Assembly (NCBI GenBank): GCA_964390305.1
Contig: CAYMHT010000004.1
Coordinates: forward strand, 1 to 63,379
DNA length: 63,379 nucleotides
Reading direction: 5' to 3'
Origin: an uncultured Anaerolineales bacterium
Lineage (GTDB): Bacteria; Chloroflexota; Anaerolineae; B4-G1
Positions 9,400 to 18,599 of the stretch are shown in pieces (the stretch's first letter is position 1; each line of letters opens with the position of its first letter). The notes under the pieces were generated by a model, which did not search any database, was not told where the DNA came from, and saw only the letters and a list, made by a program, of their open reading frames with translations. The position numbers and the translations under genes were made by a program.

Positions 9400-9513
9400 G
9401 CGGTTGTTGGTCCTTCCTGGCGATGCTGTGACGCGCCTTCCCTGGGTGGGAAGGACGAGCCAGCCGACCCTCTGCAGGCTGCTCGGGTACACTTGCTGGT
9501 CAGCCTCCTTCGG

Positions 9514-10563
9514 CTATTGACATCGGTCTCGCTGCCTGAGTTGACCACATCCGGCCTGGATCGCCACACCGCGCCGCACGCGGATGGTGTACGGCACGTG
9601 CCGCTGATCGAGGATTGCAGCGAAATCCTCGACGGTCTCGCGCCCTGGGCCGGTACCTCCATACGCCGCTGAGGGATTGAGAGGAATCAGATTGACGTGG
9701 GCCAGCATGCCCTGGAGTCGATCGGCCAGAGCGTGCGCCTGTTCCGGCGTGTCATTGACGCCTTCAATCAGGGCCCACTCAAAGCTGACACGTCGACCGG
9801 TGCGCTCGATGTAGGTGGAGCAGGCGTCGAGGAGCGAGTCCAGGGGGTAGCGGCGGTTGACCGGAACCAGGTGATCGCGCAGCTCGTCGGTCGCCGCGTG
9901 CAACGACACAGCGAGCGTGATCTGCAGCCCCTCCCGCGCCAACCGGTGGATCTCTGGCACAAGGCCCACCGTTGAGAGGGTGATGTGGCGCTGGCCCAGC
10001 CGGAATCCGTCGGGGTGACTCAAGCGACGGATAGCCTCGAGAGAGGCCTCGTAGTTAGCCAGCGGTTCGCCCATGCCCATGAGGACCACATTCGTGAGGC
10101 GCTCACCTTCGGCCTGTAGCTCCCGGGCGAAGTAGAGTGCTTGAGCCACGATCTCCCCGCTGGTCAGATCCCGGCGGAAGCCCATCTGACCTGTGGCGCA
10201 GAACGGACAGCCCATCGCGCAGCCGACCTGGGTGGACAGGCAGGCCGTGCGGCGTCGCTCGTACCACATCAGCACGGCCTCGATGGTCTCTCCGTCCGGT
10301 AACCCCAGCAGGTCCTTGCGTGTTCTGCCGTCCTCGGCACGAGCGGTATCGACCACCTGCAGCAGTTGGATCATCGTCCTCTCTGCCAGCTTCTTCCGTA
10401 GCGATTGGGGCAGGTTGGTCATCTCATCAGAAGAGTCGACCAGATGGGCGTACAGCCACTCCCAAACTTGCTCGGCCCGGTAAGGCGGCTCCCCCAAACC
10501 CGTCAGAAACGATTTCAAGGCGTCAAAGTCGAGGTCGTACAGCCGCACTCGTCTGTCAGTCAC
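9514..10563 (-). CDS. rlmN: 23S rRNA/tRNA adenine-C2 methyltransferase RlmN (radical SAM)
   Basis: Radical-SAM CxxxCxxC in QVGCAMGCPFCATGQ, MGMGEPLAN, GCGQL near the C-terminus. I prefer GTG 10563 (GTGA overlap with the upstream stop) over the longest ORF start 10611. Confidence 0.9.
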   Translation of the reverse strand: MTDRRVRLYDLDFDALKSFLTGLGEPPYRAEQVWEWLYAHLVDSSDEMTNLPQSLRKKLAERTMIQLLQVVDTARAEDGRTRKDLLGLPDGETIEAVLMWYERRRTACLSTQVGCAMGCPFCATGQMGFRRDLTSGEIVAQALYFARELQAEGERLTNVVLMGMGEPLANYEASLEAIRRLSHPDGFRLGQRHITLSTVGLVPEIHRLAREGLQITLAVSLHAATDELRDHLVPVNRRYPLDSLLDACSTYIERTGRRVSFEWALIEGVNDTPEQAHALADRLQGMLAHVNLIPLNPSAAYGGTGPGRETVEDFAAILDQRHVPYTIRVRRGVAIQAGCGQLRQRDRCQ

Positions 10564-11978
10564 TGACCCAGCCCTCTCCATGTTGCCAGCAGTTCGTGGA
10601 TGTCCGCACATATCAGGTCGGGCCTGATCGACGAGGCGCTCACCTCGTCCTGCGTGGCAGCACCTGAGAGGACGAGCAGAGTAGCAAGACCCGCGCGGGA
10701 AGCCCCGACGATGTCGGTCTCAAGTCGGTCGCCGAGCATCGCCGTCGTCTCCGGCGCGGCATCCATGCGACGCAGTGCCTCCCGGTACATCTGCGGCTCT
10801 GGCTTGCCGGTGACGACGGGCTTGAGCCCGGTAGAGGCCTCCAGGGCGGCCAACAGGGCGCCGTTCCCCGGCACCGGTCCTCGTTCAGTGGGCAGGGTGG
10901 CGTCTGGGTTGGTGGCGATGAAGTCCGCACCATCGTGGATCAGAAGCGCGGCTGTAGCCAACTTGTCCCAGGTCAGCTCTCGGTCCCAACCCACGACGAC
11001 GTATTCAGCCTGCGCATCGTCCACGACGAATCCTCGTTCATGCAGTGCCTTTCGAACACCTTCTTCGCCGATCACGTAGACCCTGGAACCTGACGGGGCG
11101 ATATCCGCCAGGTAGGCAGCGGACACCTGAGCCGAGGTCAGTATCGCGTCAACTGGCACCTCCACGCCAAAGCCTGCCAGCTTGGCCACGTATTGCTCCG
11201 GCGTGCGAGTGGAGTTGTTGGTGGCGAGCACGAAGGGAATCTCGCGCTCCTTCAGGAAGGTGAAGAATGCCCCCAGACTACGCATTGGTCGGTCGCCGCG
11301 CCAGAGCACGCCGTCCATATCGATGATCATGTGCCGGATCGCGTTCAGCACCTCATAGTTGGGTTGCCTAGCTGCCGCTGCGTCCCCCTCATAAGCTTTG
11401 AGCAGTTGCTCGTGATCCTCCGGTGTGTCCACGTCCATCAGGGTGTACGGGTCTCGGACGTTGACGGTGGCAACTTCCTGAGGGTGCCGATCGATGACGC
11501 TCCGTCCACCCTCATCCCCTGTGACGGCAGCCAACTCGGGAAAGAATCGGCGCGCGAAGAGAACTGGGGTTCCGCGTTGCCCAGCGTGAATGGGCTGAAC
11601 GATGGACGCCTCCGTCTGCTCGAAACAATCGACCATGGCTCGCAGGAGATCTGAAGTGATCAGTGGCTGGTCGCATTGGAGGAAGATCGCCGCCGCTGCC
11701 TCCGGTGGGACCCCCGCCAGGCCCGTCTGCACGGACGTTGCCAGCCCCTGCTTCCAGCGCCAATTTACCAGTGCTTGCACAGGTCTGTCGCCCAGAGCAG
11801 CACGTGTCTCCGCGGCCTTGCAGCCAAGCACGGGAATGACGGGGTCAAATCCCGCCCGCAAGGCGACGTCAGACACGTGGGCCAGCAGCGGTTTACCCTT
11901 CCATTCGAGGAGTTGCTTACATTGACCAAACCGGGTGGACGCGCCGGCAGCGAGTATGACGGCTGCGACCTGTGTCAA
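10560..11978 (-). CDS. fusion protein: MobA/MocA-like nucleotidyltransferase (N-terminal) + HAD-IIA NagD-like phosphatase (C-terminal)
   Basis: 472 aa, TTG start after GGAGGA. N-terminal AVILAAGASTRFGQCKQLLEWKGKPLL ... DVDTPEDHEQL (NTP_transf_3-like). C-terminal IIDMDGVLWRGD ... VLATNNSTRT ... GKPEPQMY ... MLGDRLETDI (HAD motifs I-IV). Confidence 0.8.
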   Translation of the reverse strand: MTQVAAVILAAGASTRFGQCKQLLEWKGKPLLAHVSDVALRAGFDPVIPVLGCKAAETRAALGDRPVQALVNWRWKQGLATSVQTGLAGVPPEAAAAIFLQCDQPLITSDLLRAMVDCFEQTEASIVQPIHAGQRGTPVLFARRFFPELAAVTGDEGGRSVIDRHPQEVATVNVRDPYTLMDVDTPEDHEQLLKAYEGDAAAARQPNYEVLNAIRHMIIDMDGVLWRGDRPMRSLGAFFTFLKEREIPFVLATNNSTRTPEQYVAKLAGFGVEVPVDAILTSAQVSAAYLADIAPSGSRVYVIGEEGVRKALHERGFVVDDAQAEYVVVGWDRELTWDKLATAALLIHDGADFIATNPDATLPTERGPVPGNGALLAALEASTGLKPVVTGKPEPQMYREALRRMDAAPETTAMLGDRLETDIVGASRAGLATLLVLSGAATQDEVSASSIRPDLICADIHELLATWRGLGQ

Positions 11979-12038
11979 GAGGATGAGTCCTCCTTATTCT
12001 TGCTCACGCATGCGTGACTGGACACCGACTTGCCGGGT

Positions 12039-12067
12039 ATTCTAACGTAATTTGCCCCTCAGTGCAA
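12039..12067 (-). promoter_or_regulatory. sigma-70-type promoter candidate for the nucleotidyltransferase-HAD/rlmN operon
   Basis: Minus strand TTGCAC (12067-12062), 17 nt, TAGAAT (12044-12039). Confidence 0.55.
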
Positions 12068-12071
12068 CGGC

Positions 12072-12100
12072 TTGCCAGCCCGATTAGGCTAAACTATAAT
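12072..12100 (+). promoter_or_regulatory. sigma-70-type promoter candidate for the GT2/GT-C/YfhO operon
   Basis: TTGCCA (12072-12077), 17 nt, TATAAT (12095-12100). Back-to-back with the minus-strand promoter. Confidence 0.6.
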
Positions 12101-12127
12101 GCCGTCGGTACTTCCTGGGGGGGCGAT

Positions 12128-12859
12128 ATGAGGTTGTCGGTCATTGTGCCAGTGTACAATGAGATGGACACCATTGCCGAGATCCTGCGGCGGGTGCATG
12201 CTGTCGATCTCACCGTGTCGATCGGCTACGGATCGGAGGCCGGCTCGGCTGTGGAGTTGGAGCGTGAGGTCGTCGTGGTGGACGACGGCTCGACCGACGG
12301 GACCTCTGAGCTTCTGCAGCAGCTTAGGAATGATGCCCGTACGGCCGTGTTGTGGCACGAGCAGAACCAGGGCAAAGGGGCGGCAGTCCGCACGGGGTTG
12401 CAGCGTGCCACCGGTGATATCTTGTTGATCCAGGATGCAGACCTCGAATACGACCCGCGCGATTATCCGTCTCTCCTGCAGCCCATCCTTGAGGGCCGGT
12501 CCGAGGTAGTCTACGGCTCTCGCTTCCGCGGCGGGCCAACCAAGGCGATGTTCTTCTGGCACGCCGTCGGTAATCGTTTCCTTACCTTGGTGACCAACGT
12601 GCTGTACGATTCGATTCTGAGCGATATGGAGACCTGCTACAAAGTCTTCACCCGCGAGGTCGCCGATCAACTCGATCTGAAGGCTTCCGGTTGGGGCTTC
12701 GACCCCGAGATCACGGCCCAGATACTCAAGCTGGGATATCGCATCTACGAAGTTCCCATTACCTATACAGGGCGGGAGGTCGAGGAGGGTAAGAAGATCG
12801 GCTGGCGCGACGGATTGACTGTGCTGTGGACACTCCTCAGGTATCGCTTCAGGCCGTGA
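12128..12859 (+). CDS. family 2 glycosyltransferase (polyprenol-phosphate sugar synthase-like)
   Basis: MRLSVIVPVYNE, VVVDDGSTDGT, IQDADLEYDP (DxD). ATG 12128 chosen because the conserved N-terminus begins there. Confidence 0.9.
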   Translation: MRLSVIVPVYNEMDTIAEILRRVHAVDLTVSIGYGSEAGSAVELEREVVVVDDGSTDGTSELLQQLRNDARTAVLWHEQNQGKGAAVRTGLQRATGDILLIQDADLEYDPRDYPSLLQPILEGRSEVVYGSRFRGGPTKAMFFWHAVGNRFLTLVTNVLYDSILSDMETCYKVFTREVADQLDLKASGWGFDPEITAQILKLGYRIYEVPITYTGREVEEGKKIGWRDGLTVLWTLLRYRFRP

Positions 12860-14334
12860 CGGATGATCATCGGAGTGGGTTCCGGTGGGCGTTCGTAGGG
12901 CTGCTATTTCTCGCCTGGGCGCTGCGACTGCCGCCGCTGCTCCAGAGCCCACTTCACCCGGACGAAGCCCTCTATGGCTACTGGGGTCTGCTCATCGGGC
13001 AGGGACGCGATGTCTTGCTCTCAGGCGTTCCCGTCTACAAGCCACCCCTATTGCCCTACACGGTGGCCAGCTCCTTGCTCATCTTCGGCGACACAACCAT
13101 CGCCCTTCGTCTGCCCGGTCTGGTGTGCGGTGTGTTGACCGTGCCCCTTGCCGGTGCCCTGGGTCGCGCGCTATATGACGACCGGTGGATAGGGTGGATG
13201 GCAGCCGTGAGTGTCGCCCTCTCGCCCTTCGCCGTCGTCTTCAGCGGCACGGCATTCCCCGATCCGTTGATGGTTGTTCTCGGCCTGGCTGCCTGCCTGA
13301 CCGCGGTCAGCCATCGGTCAGCGTGGGCTGGCCTCCTGGTTGGACTGAGTTTCGCTGCGAAACAGACTGGGCTGGTGTGGCTGCCGCTCTCCGTTCTGCT
13401 TGGGACCGCCCGTGTCAGCTCCTGGGGGCGGCGTCGTCAGCTGGGTCTCTCAATTCTCATCGGCTGGGCACTGGTTGTCAGTCTCGTGTGCAGCTGGGAT
13501 GCGGCTCGCGTTTCGCGGGGAGCGACCAGTTTCTGGCAGGTCGGCCTGGTTGGCTATGGCGGTCTGCGGCTCATCTGGCCACAGGAGCTCTGGCCTCGCT
13601 TTCAGGAGTGGTTTGGGCTGATGCGTCACCTGTTGGGTTCACCAGCGATCAACGGGCTCCTGTTGGTCGGCTTGCCCGTCTTGATCTCGGACGCTCTCCT
13701 TCGATACCTGGACATACGCCGGACTCCTGTCGACATCCTGCTCGTGTCGTTTGTGCTTGCGTACGTCCTCCTTCACTGGCTCGTGGCCTTTCGCGCCTGG
13801 GATCGGTATCTGCTGCCGCTGGTGCCAGTCCTTGCGGTGCTCCTGGGCCGCATCGTGCGGGGTATCGTGTCGCGGCTCAGGGTTGCGGGTCCCGTCCGGC
13901 GAGTGGCGGTCACTAGTGTGCTGTTGGCAGTCCTCTTGACCCGGCCGGCCCTTCAGGCCAGGGCCGGTCGCTATCCGGTCGGTCAAGAGCGGGCTGCCTA
14001 TGAGGGAACGAAGGAGGTCACCTCGTTCTTTGCTCGCCTACCCGAGGGGTCCGTCGTCTACCATCACTGGCTGGGTTGGCACTATCACTATGCCCTGTGG
14101 AACGTCCCGATCTATCTGGCTTATTGGCCGAACCCCGCGTGGCTGGCCCGGGATGTGCAGGCGTTTGGTGATCGAGAGCCACGCTACATCGCCTTCCCGG
14201 CTTGGGAGTCACCGGCTCGCGTCGAGCGCTGTCTGGACGATGTGGGCTATGCGCTAGACGAGGTGTTGACGGTGGCTCGGCCGGATGGTGGATACTCATT
14301 CACCGTCTATCGCGTCGTACCGTCAGCCGATTGA
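12856..14334 (+). CDS. GT-C fold glycosyltransferase (family 39 / ArnT-PMT-like) membrane protein
   Basis: Polytopic membrane protein with an early-loop LHPDEALYGYWG (DE motif). GTG 12856 overlaps the GT2 stop as GTGA. Confidence 0.75.
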   Translation: MTDDHRSGFRWAFVGLLFLAWALRLPPLLQSPLHPDEALYGYWGLLIGQGRDVLLSGVPVYKPPLLPYTVASSLLIFGDTTIALRLPGLVCGVLTVPLAGALGRALYDDRWIGWMAAVSVALSPFAVVFSGTAFPDPLMVVLGLAACLTAVSHRSAWAGLLVGLSFAAKQTGLVWLPLSVLLGTARVSSWGRRRQLGLSILIGWALVVSLVCSWDAARVSRGATSFWQVGLVGYGGLRLIWPQELWPRFQEWFGLMRHLLGSPAINGLLLVGLPVLISDALLRYLDIRRTPVDILLVSFVLAYVLLHWLVAFRAWDRYLLPLVPVLAVLLGRIVRGIVSRLRVAGPVRRVAVTSVLLAVLLTRPALQARAGRYPVGQERAAYEGTKEVTSFFARLPEGSVVYHHWLGWHYHYALWNVPIYLAYWPNPAWLARDVQAFGDREPRYIAFPAWESPARVERCLDDVGYALDEVLTVARPDGGYSFTVYRVVPSAD

Positions 14335-17195
14335 TGTCTCGACACAGCGATCTTCTACGGGACGTGGTTGCCGTCCTGTTTCTGTGGCTCCTTGTCGTCG
14401 GCTTCTTCTGGCGGATCGGCCCTGCCGGCCGGGTCCTGGCGGGAGGAGACGTTTTCACGTACTTCTACCCCTACTGGGCAGAGGCGACGCGCGCGATCAG
14501 GGCTGGCCGACTACCCTTGTGGAACCCCTTTCTCTTTATGGGCGCCCCCTTCCTGGCCAATAGCCAGGTGGGTTTCTTCTACCCTCTCAACTGGCCTCTG
14601 TGGCTCTTGTTTCCGGCGGACCGGTCCGTGCACTTGACGATTGTCCTCCACTTGTGCCTGGCCGCGCTTAACGCCTACCTTTGGGGGCGCAGCTCCCTGC
14701 GTCTCGGACGCCTTGGCGCATGGGCTGTGGGAGCCGTATTCTCGCTGAGTGGCTACCTGGGTACTCAAGCCGAGCACGTCAATCAGCTGCAGGGCCTGGC
14801 ATGGCTGCCCCTCATGTTGATGCTGTACGACCAGCTCTCTGATTCCCGGTCGCGGGCCTCCAGTCGTAGAAAAGCTTTCTTCGGCGTTGCGGCTCTCATT
14901 GGATTGGTGGTGCTCGCTGGTCATACCCAGACGGCGTTCATCTCGCTGTTCGGGTTGGCGGCCTACGGTATTGGGCCGGCGCTCTGGTTTGCGCTTCGCA
15001 ACCGCGACTGGCGCACCGCACTCAGACGGGCCACGTTCTTCGGCCTCACGGTGGCGGTTGGCACAGGGCTGGCGGCGGTGCAGATCGCACCGACCTGGGA
15101 GCTGGCGCAGCGGTCAGTGCGCGCCCGGGGGCTCCCGCTTAGCGAGCGTGTCTCTTTCTCTCTGTCTCCGTTGGATGTCGGGCGTGCCCTCTTGCCTCGG
15201 TTCGCCCGTGCCGTTCCCCCAGACGACATCGAGCACGTCGCCTACCTTGGCATCGCTGGCCTCGCCCTGGCAATTGTCGGACTGACGGTGACCGTTTGTC
15301 GTCGCCGGGAGCAGCGCTCGACCGTCCCGTTCCACAGTCAGTCTGTCGACGTGGGTCTCCTCGTACTCACGTGTGTGGGCCTTTTCTTCGCACTTGGCCT
15401 CTACAATCCGCTCTACTTGCTTTTTGCGCGCTACATTCCGGGCTTCGCTCATTTCCGCGTGCCGGCGCGCTGGTTGGCGCTCTATGTCGTCGGTGCGGCT
15501 GCCTGCGCTGGACGGGGTGTCGAAACGATCTGGAGGGGTGAGCATCTCAGAAAAGGCCCTGTTCTGGCTGTGGTCGTCGCCCTGCTGATCTTGATCCTTT
15601 GGGCTGTCGGGGGGGCCTGGTGGAGCGAGGGACAGGGCCTGGGGTCGGTGGACGTCGTGGCGTGGATGGTTACGGCGGTTGCGGTGGTCGGGATGCTTCT
15701 GGCTGCCGGGCGAGCGCCGCGTCTGGTGGTTCTTGTTCTGCTGGCAACGCTGATTGCCGAGCTCTGCTTGGCGAGCCTCGTGCTTCCACACGCTCGGGCA
15801 ACGGCTCCTCAGGCCTTCACCAGCTTCCGCCCGGCCCTTGCTCATCTGGTGGATCCCGAACCCCGTGACGTCGCGCCTGGAGGACGTTTTCTGAGCATGT
15901 CCGACACCACCTTCGATCCTGGCGATCTCTCCTTGATCGAGACCATCTACGGGCCCCAGCTCACGGCTGAGCAGCTGTACGAGTTTGTGGTTGCCACCAA
16001 GCAGAAGGAGATCGCCAATCCCAATCTGCCGCTCGCCTTCAGGGTGCCGGCGGTGGACGGCTATGACGGCGGTGTGCTCCCGGTGGAGCGCTACGTGATG
16101 CTGCAGCGGCTCCTTCTGCCGGTGGAGGATGTCTCAATTGACGGTCGCCTGCGGGAGAACTTGGCCTCACTGCCTGACGGGCGCTGGCTGAGTCTGTTCA
16201 ACGTGCAGTATCTGGTGACGGACAAGCTGCGGGACGCCTGGATCGCCGATGTCTTCTACGATCTGGAGCATGAGGTGAGGCTATCGGAGCGAGAGAAGGC
16301 ACAAGTGCCACATGTGCCTCGATTCGAGGCCACGGCGGTGGGCCTAGTGTCTCACCTTGAGGGAGCAGTGGAGCTCCCCGAGGGACTGGCAGTGGGCGTC
16401 GTGAGCGTCAGGTTTGACGATGGGACCGTCCGTACCTTCGAGTTGCGCGCAGGGGAACAGGTGCCCAGGACAGCCACCGATCAAGGAGAAGCGGATTGCT
16501 CGGCACACCGCCTGCGCTGGGCGGAGCCCAGTGCGCCGCTGACCATCACACTGGAGGCGACGCTCCCTGAGGGGAGGTGGGTTGTGCGTGGCATGAGTCT
16601 TATCGACGAGCGGACTGGGAGCTTCCAATCGCTGGTGGTATCGGATCGAGGTCGCTTCCGTCTGGTCCATTCTGGCGATGTCAAGATCTACGAAAACCTG
16701 GATGTCTTGCCAAGGGCGTTTGTCGTTCCCAGAGCTCGGGTGGTGGCCAGTGACCAGCGGGCTCTGCGGGGGATGCAGGAACCCGCTTTCGATCCCGTCT
16801 CGGAGCTCATCGTGCACGCTGACGATCCTCCGTGTCGCACTCAGGACCTCGGATGGACGATGTCCTCCGATTCTGCTGTCGGGTCGGACAGAGCTGGCTC
16901 TGTGGATGTGACGATTACCGAGTATTTGGCGGAACGGGTGGTTGTGGAAGTAGAGCTGGACGAACCGGGCTACTTGGTCCTGACCGATGCGTGGCATCCC
17001 GGGTGGCGGGGCATAGTCGATGGCGAGCGGGTGCCGGTATGCCGGGCCGATCTGCTTTTCCGGACCATCGCTCTGGAACCGGGAGAGCACCAGATCGTCT
17101 TCGTCTTTCGTCCGGTCAGCCTGGCGGTAGGGGGGGGCATGAGCGCAATTAGCCTGGCTCTCCTGGTTCTTGTCTCGAGGTGGATCTTTCGCTGA
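14334..17195 (+). CDS. YfhO-family membrane glycosyltransferase-like protein
   Basis: About 950 aa. Roughly 500 aa of TM helices, a large soluble C-terminal region and a final TM helix (SAISLALLVLVSRWIF). ATG 14334 shares one nt with the upstream TGA. Confidence 0.75.
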   Translation: MSRHSDLLRDVVAVLFLWLLVVGFFWRIGPAGRVLAGGDVFTYFYPYWAEATRAIRAGRLPLWNPFLFMGAPFLANSQVGFFYPLNWPLWLLFPADRSVHLTIVLHLCLAALNAYLWGRSSLRLGRLGAWAVGAVFSLSGYLGTQAEHVNQLQGLAWLPLMLMLYDQLSDSRSRASSRRKAFFGVAALIGLVVLAGHTQTAFISLFGLAAYGIGPALWFALRNRDWRTALRRATFFGLTVAVGTGLAAVQIAPTWELAQRSVRARGLPLSERVSFSLSPLDVGRALLPRFARAVPPDDIEHVAYLGIAGLALAIVGLTVTVCRRREQRSTVPFHSQSVDVGLLVLTCVGLFFALGLYNPLYLLFARYIPGFAHFRVPARWLALYVVGAAACAGRGVETIWRGEHLRKGPVLAVVVALLILILWAVGGAWWSEGQGLGSVDVVAWMVTAVAVVGMLLAAGRAPRLVVLVLLATLIAELCLASLVLPHARATAPQAFTSFRPALAHLVDPEPRDVAPGGRFLSMSDTTFDPGDLSLIETIYGPQLTAEQLYEFVVATKQKEIANPNLPLAFRVPAVDGYDGGVLPVERYVMLQRLLLPVEDVSIDGRLRENLASLPDGRWLSLFNVQYLVTDKLRDAWIADVFYDLEHEVRLSEREKAQVPHVPRFEATAVGLVSHLEGAVELPEGLAVGVVSVRFDDGTVRTFELRAGEQVPRTATDQGEADCSAHRLRWAEPSAPLTITLEATLPEGRWVVRGMSLIDERTGSFQSLVVSDRGRFRLVHSGDVKIYENLDVLPRAFVVPRARVVASDQRALRGMQEPAFDPVSELIVHADDPPCRTQDLGWTMSSDSAVGSDRAGSVDVTITEYLAERVVVEVELDEPGYLVLTDAWHPGWRGIVDGERVPVCRADLLFRTIALEPGEHQIVFVFRPVSLAVGGGMSAISLALLVLVSRWIFR

Positions 17196-17206
17196 TGAGT
17201 GCCATA

Positions 17207-17235
17207 TTGCCCAAAGCGGGGGCGGGTGCTATAAT
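17207..17235 (+). promoter_or_regulatory. sigma-70-type promoter candidate
   Basis: TTGCCC (17207-17212), 17 nt, TATAAT (17230-17235), preceded by TGC (extended -10). Confidence 0.55.
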
Positions 17236-17322
17236 CAAGTGCACGCTCGGCCAGCAGGCCGGCCAGCTTCCCGTCTGGAGGAGATGTCCGACATCTCACG
17301 CACTCAACAGGAGGGCTAGACG

Positions 17323-17952
17323 ATGAACACGTTCAACCGTATCGTACTGGTGATTCTGCTGCTCGTCGTGATGGTTCTGTGCTCCTTTGCGTTTGTGGTG
17401 CCGGTGCAGACGCTGCGTGTGCTCGCGCAGCAGGCCAGGGGGATGGCGGACTTCTTTGCGCGCGTCAGACCCGAATTCCGCTTGCCTGTCGGTATCCTTC
17501 TGGCGCTAGTCATAGATCTCGTAGGTATTCTCCTCATCGTTCTTGAGGTGAGGCGACCCGCGCCCCAATCGATCAGTGTAGAGCAAGCGGCCGGGGGCGA
17601 GGTGACGCTCAGCATCGCCTCCGTCGCTGACCAACTCAAGGGCGAGCTCAACCAGCTTCCCGAGGTGCTGCAGGCGAAACCCAAGGTCTCCGCTAAGGGG
17701 AAGGGTGTCGTGGTTGAAGTCGATGCCAAGATAGCAGCCGAGGCAGGGCTGCCGGGCAAGGCCGAGAGAATTGTAGAGACGATTCGCCGCGTGGTCGAGG
17801 AGAAGATGGGCCTCAGGCTGGCCCGTCCGCCCAAGGTCAACATCGAAGCGGTGCGTCAGGCCCCGCCGGCAACTGTGACAGAGCCTTCAGTTGGTCCGTC
17901 GGAAGAACCGGAGCCAAGCGGAGGGAGCGATACGGAAGGCGGTCCGTTCTAG
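17323..17952 (+). CDS. membrane protein, AmaP-like (alkaline-shock membrane anchor; assignment uncertain)
   Basis: 209 aa. Two N-terminal TM helices, then a soluble segment resembling Asp23/AmaP-type proteins. CAGGAGGG before the ATG. Confidence 0.6.
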   Translation: MNTFNRIVLVILLLVVMVLCSFAFVVPVQTLRVLAQQARGMADFFARVRPEFRLPVGILLALVIDLVGILLIVLEVRRPAPQSISVEQAAGGEVTLSIASVADQLKGELNQLPEVLQAKPKVSAKGKGVVVEVDAKIAAEAGLPGKAERIVETIRRVVEEKMGLRLARPPKVNIEAVRQAPPATVTEPSVGPSEEPEPSGGSDTEGGPF

Positions 17953-17959
17953 CCATCCT

Positions 17960-18511
17960 GTGGAGAACGAGCAGGGGCATCTGAGTCTGACGGCACGGGT
18001 GGAGAGTGTACTCTTCGTGGCTGAAGAGCCGGTCTCCGCCCATCGTCTGGCGGAGGCATTGGAGGTTACCCCGGGTCAGATCGAACGAGCCCTCGATGCC
18101 CTGGCAGGAAACTACGATGGAAGCGGCCTGCGGCTGCAGCGGGTAAACGGCCGTGTGCAGCTCACTACGGCGCCGGAGGCCGCTCCTTACGTCGAGCGCT
18201 TCCTTGGGCTGGAGGCGCGCGTGTATCTCTCGCAGGCTGCGCTCGAGGCCCTGGCAATCGTAGCCTATCGTCAGCCGATCACACGTCCGGAGATCGAGGA
18301 GATTCGCGGCGTTGGGTCGGACAGTGTTCTGCGCACGCTTCTGAGTGCCGGTCTGGTGGATCGCGTGGGTCGTGCCGACGGGGTCGGGCGTCCGTTCCTC
18401 TACGGGACGACCGCGGAGTTCCTGCAGCACTTCGGACTCCAGAGTCTTGACGAGTTGCCCCCTTTGGAGCAACTCGAAGAGGATCTGGACATGGTACGAA
18501 AGTCCTCTTGA
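17960..18511 (+). CDS. scpB: segregation and condensation protein B
   Basis: ARVESVLFVAEEPVSAHRLAEAL ... LSQAALEALAIVAYRQPITRPEIEEIRGV ... YGTTAEFLQHFGL. GTG 17960 preferred (just past the upstream stop); the longest ORF starts at 17891. Confidence 0.85.
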   Translation: MENEQGHLSLTARVESVLFVAEEPVSAHRLAEALEVTPGQIERALDALAGNYDGSGLRLQRVNGRVQLTTAPEAAPYVERFLGLEARVYLSQAALEALAIVAYRQPITRPEIEEIRGVGSDSVLRTLLSAGLVDRVGRADGVGRPFLYGTTAEFLQHFGLQSLDELPPLEQLEEDLDMVRKSS

Positions 18512-18599
18512 TTCTCCTCCTCTCTCCTGATAGACTTCTATCGTCTCCTGTGCTGTTTACGTCGACTGACTGCGACGCACTCACTCTGCGGAGGCGGTA

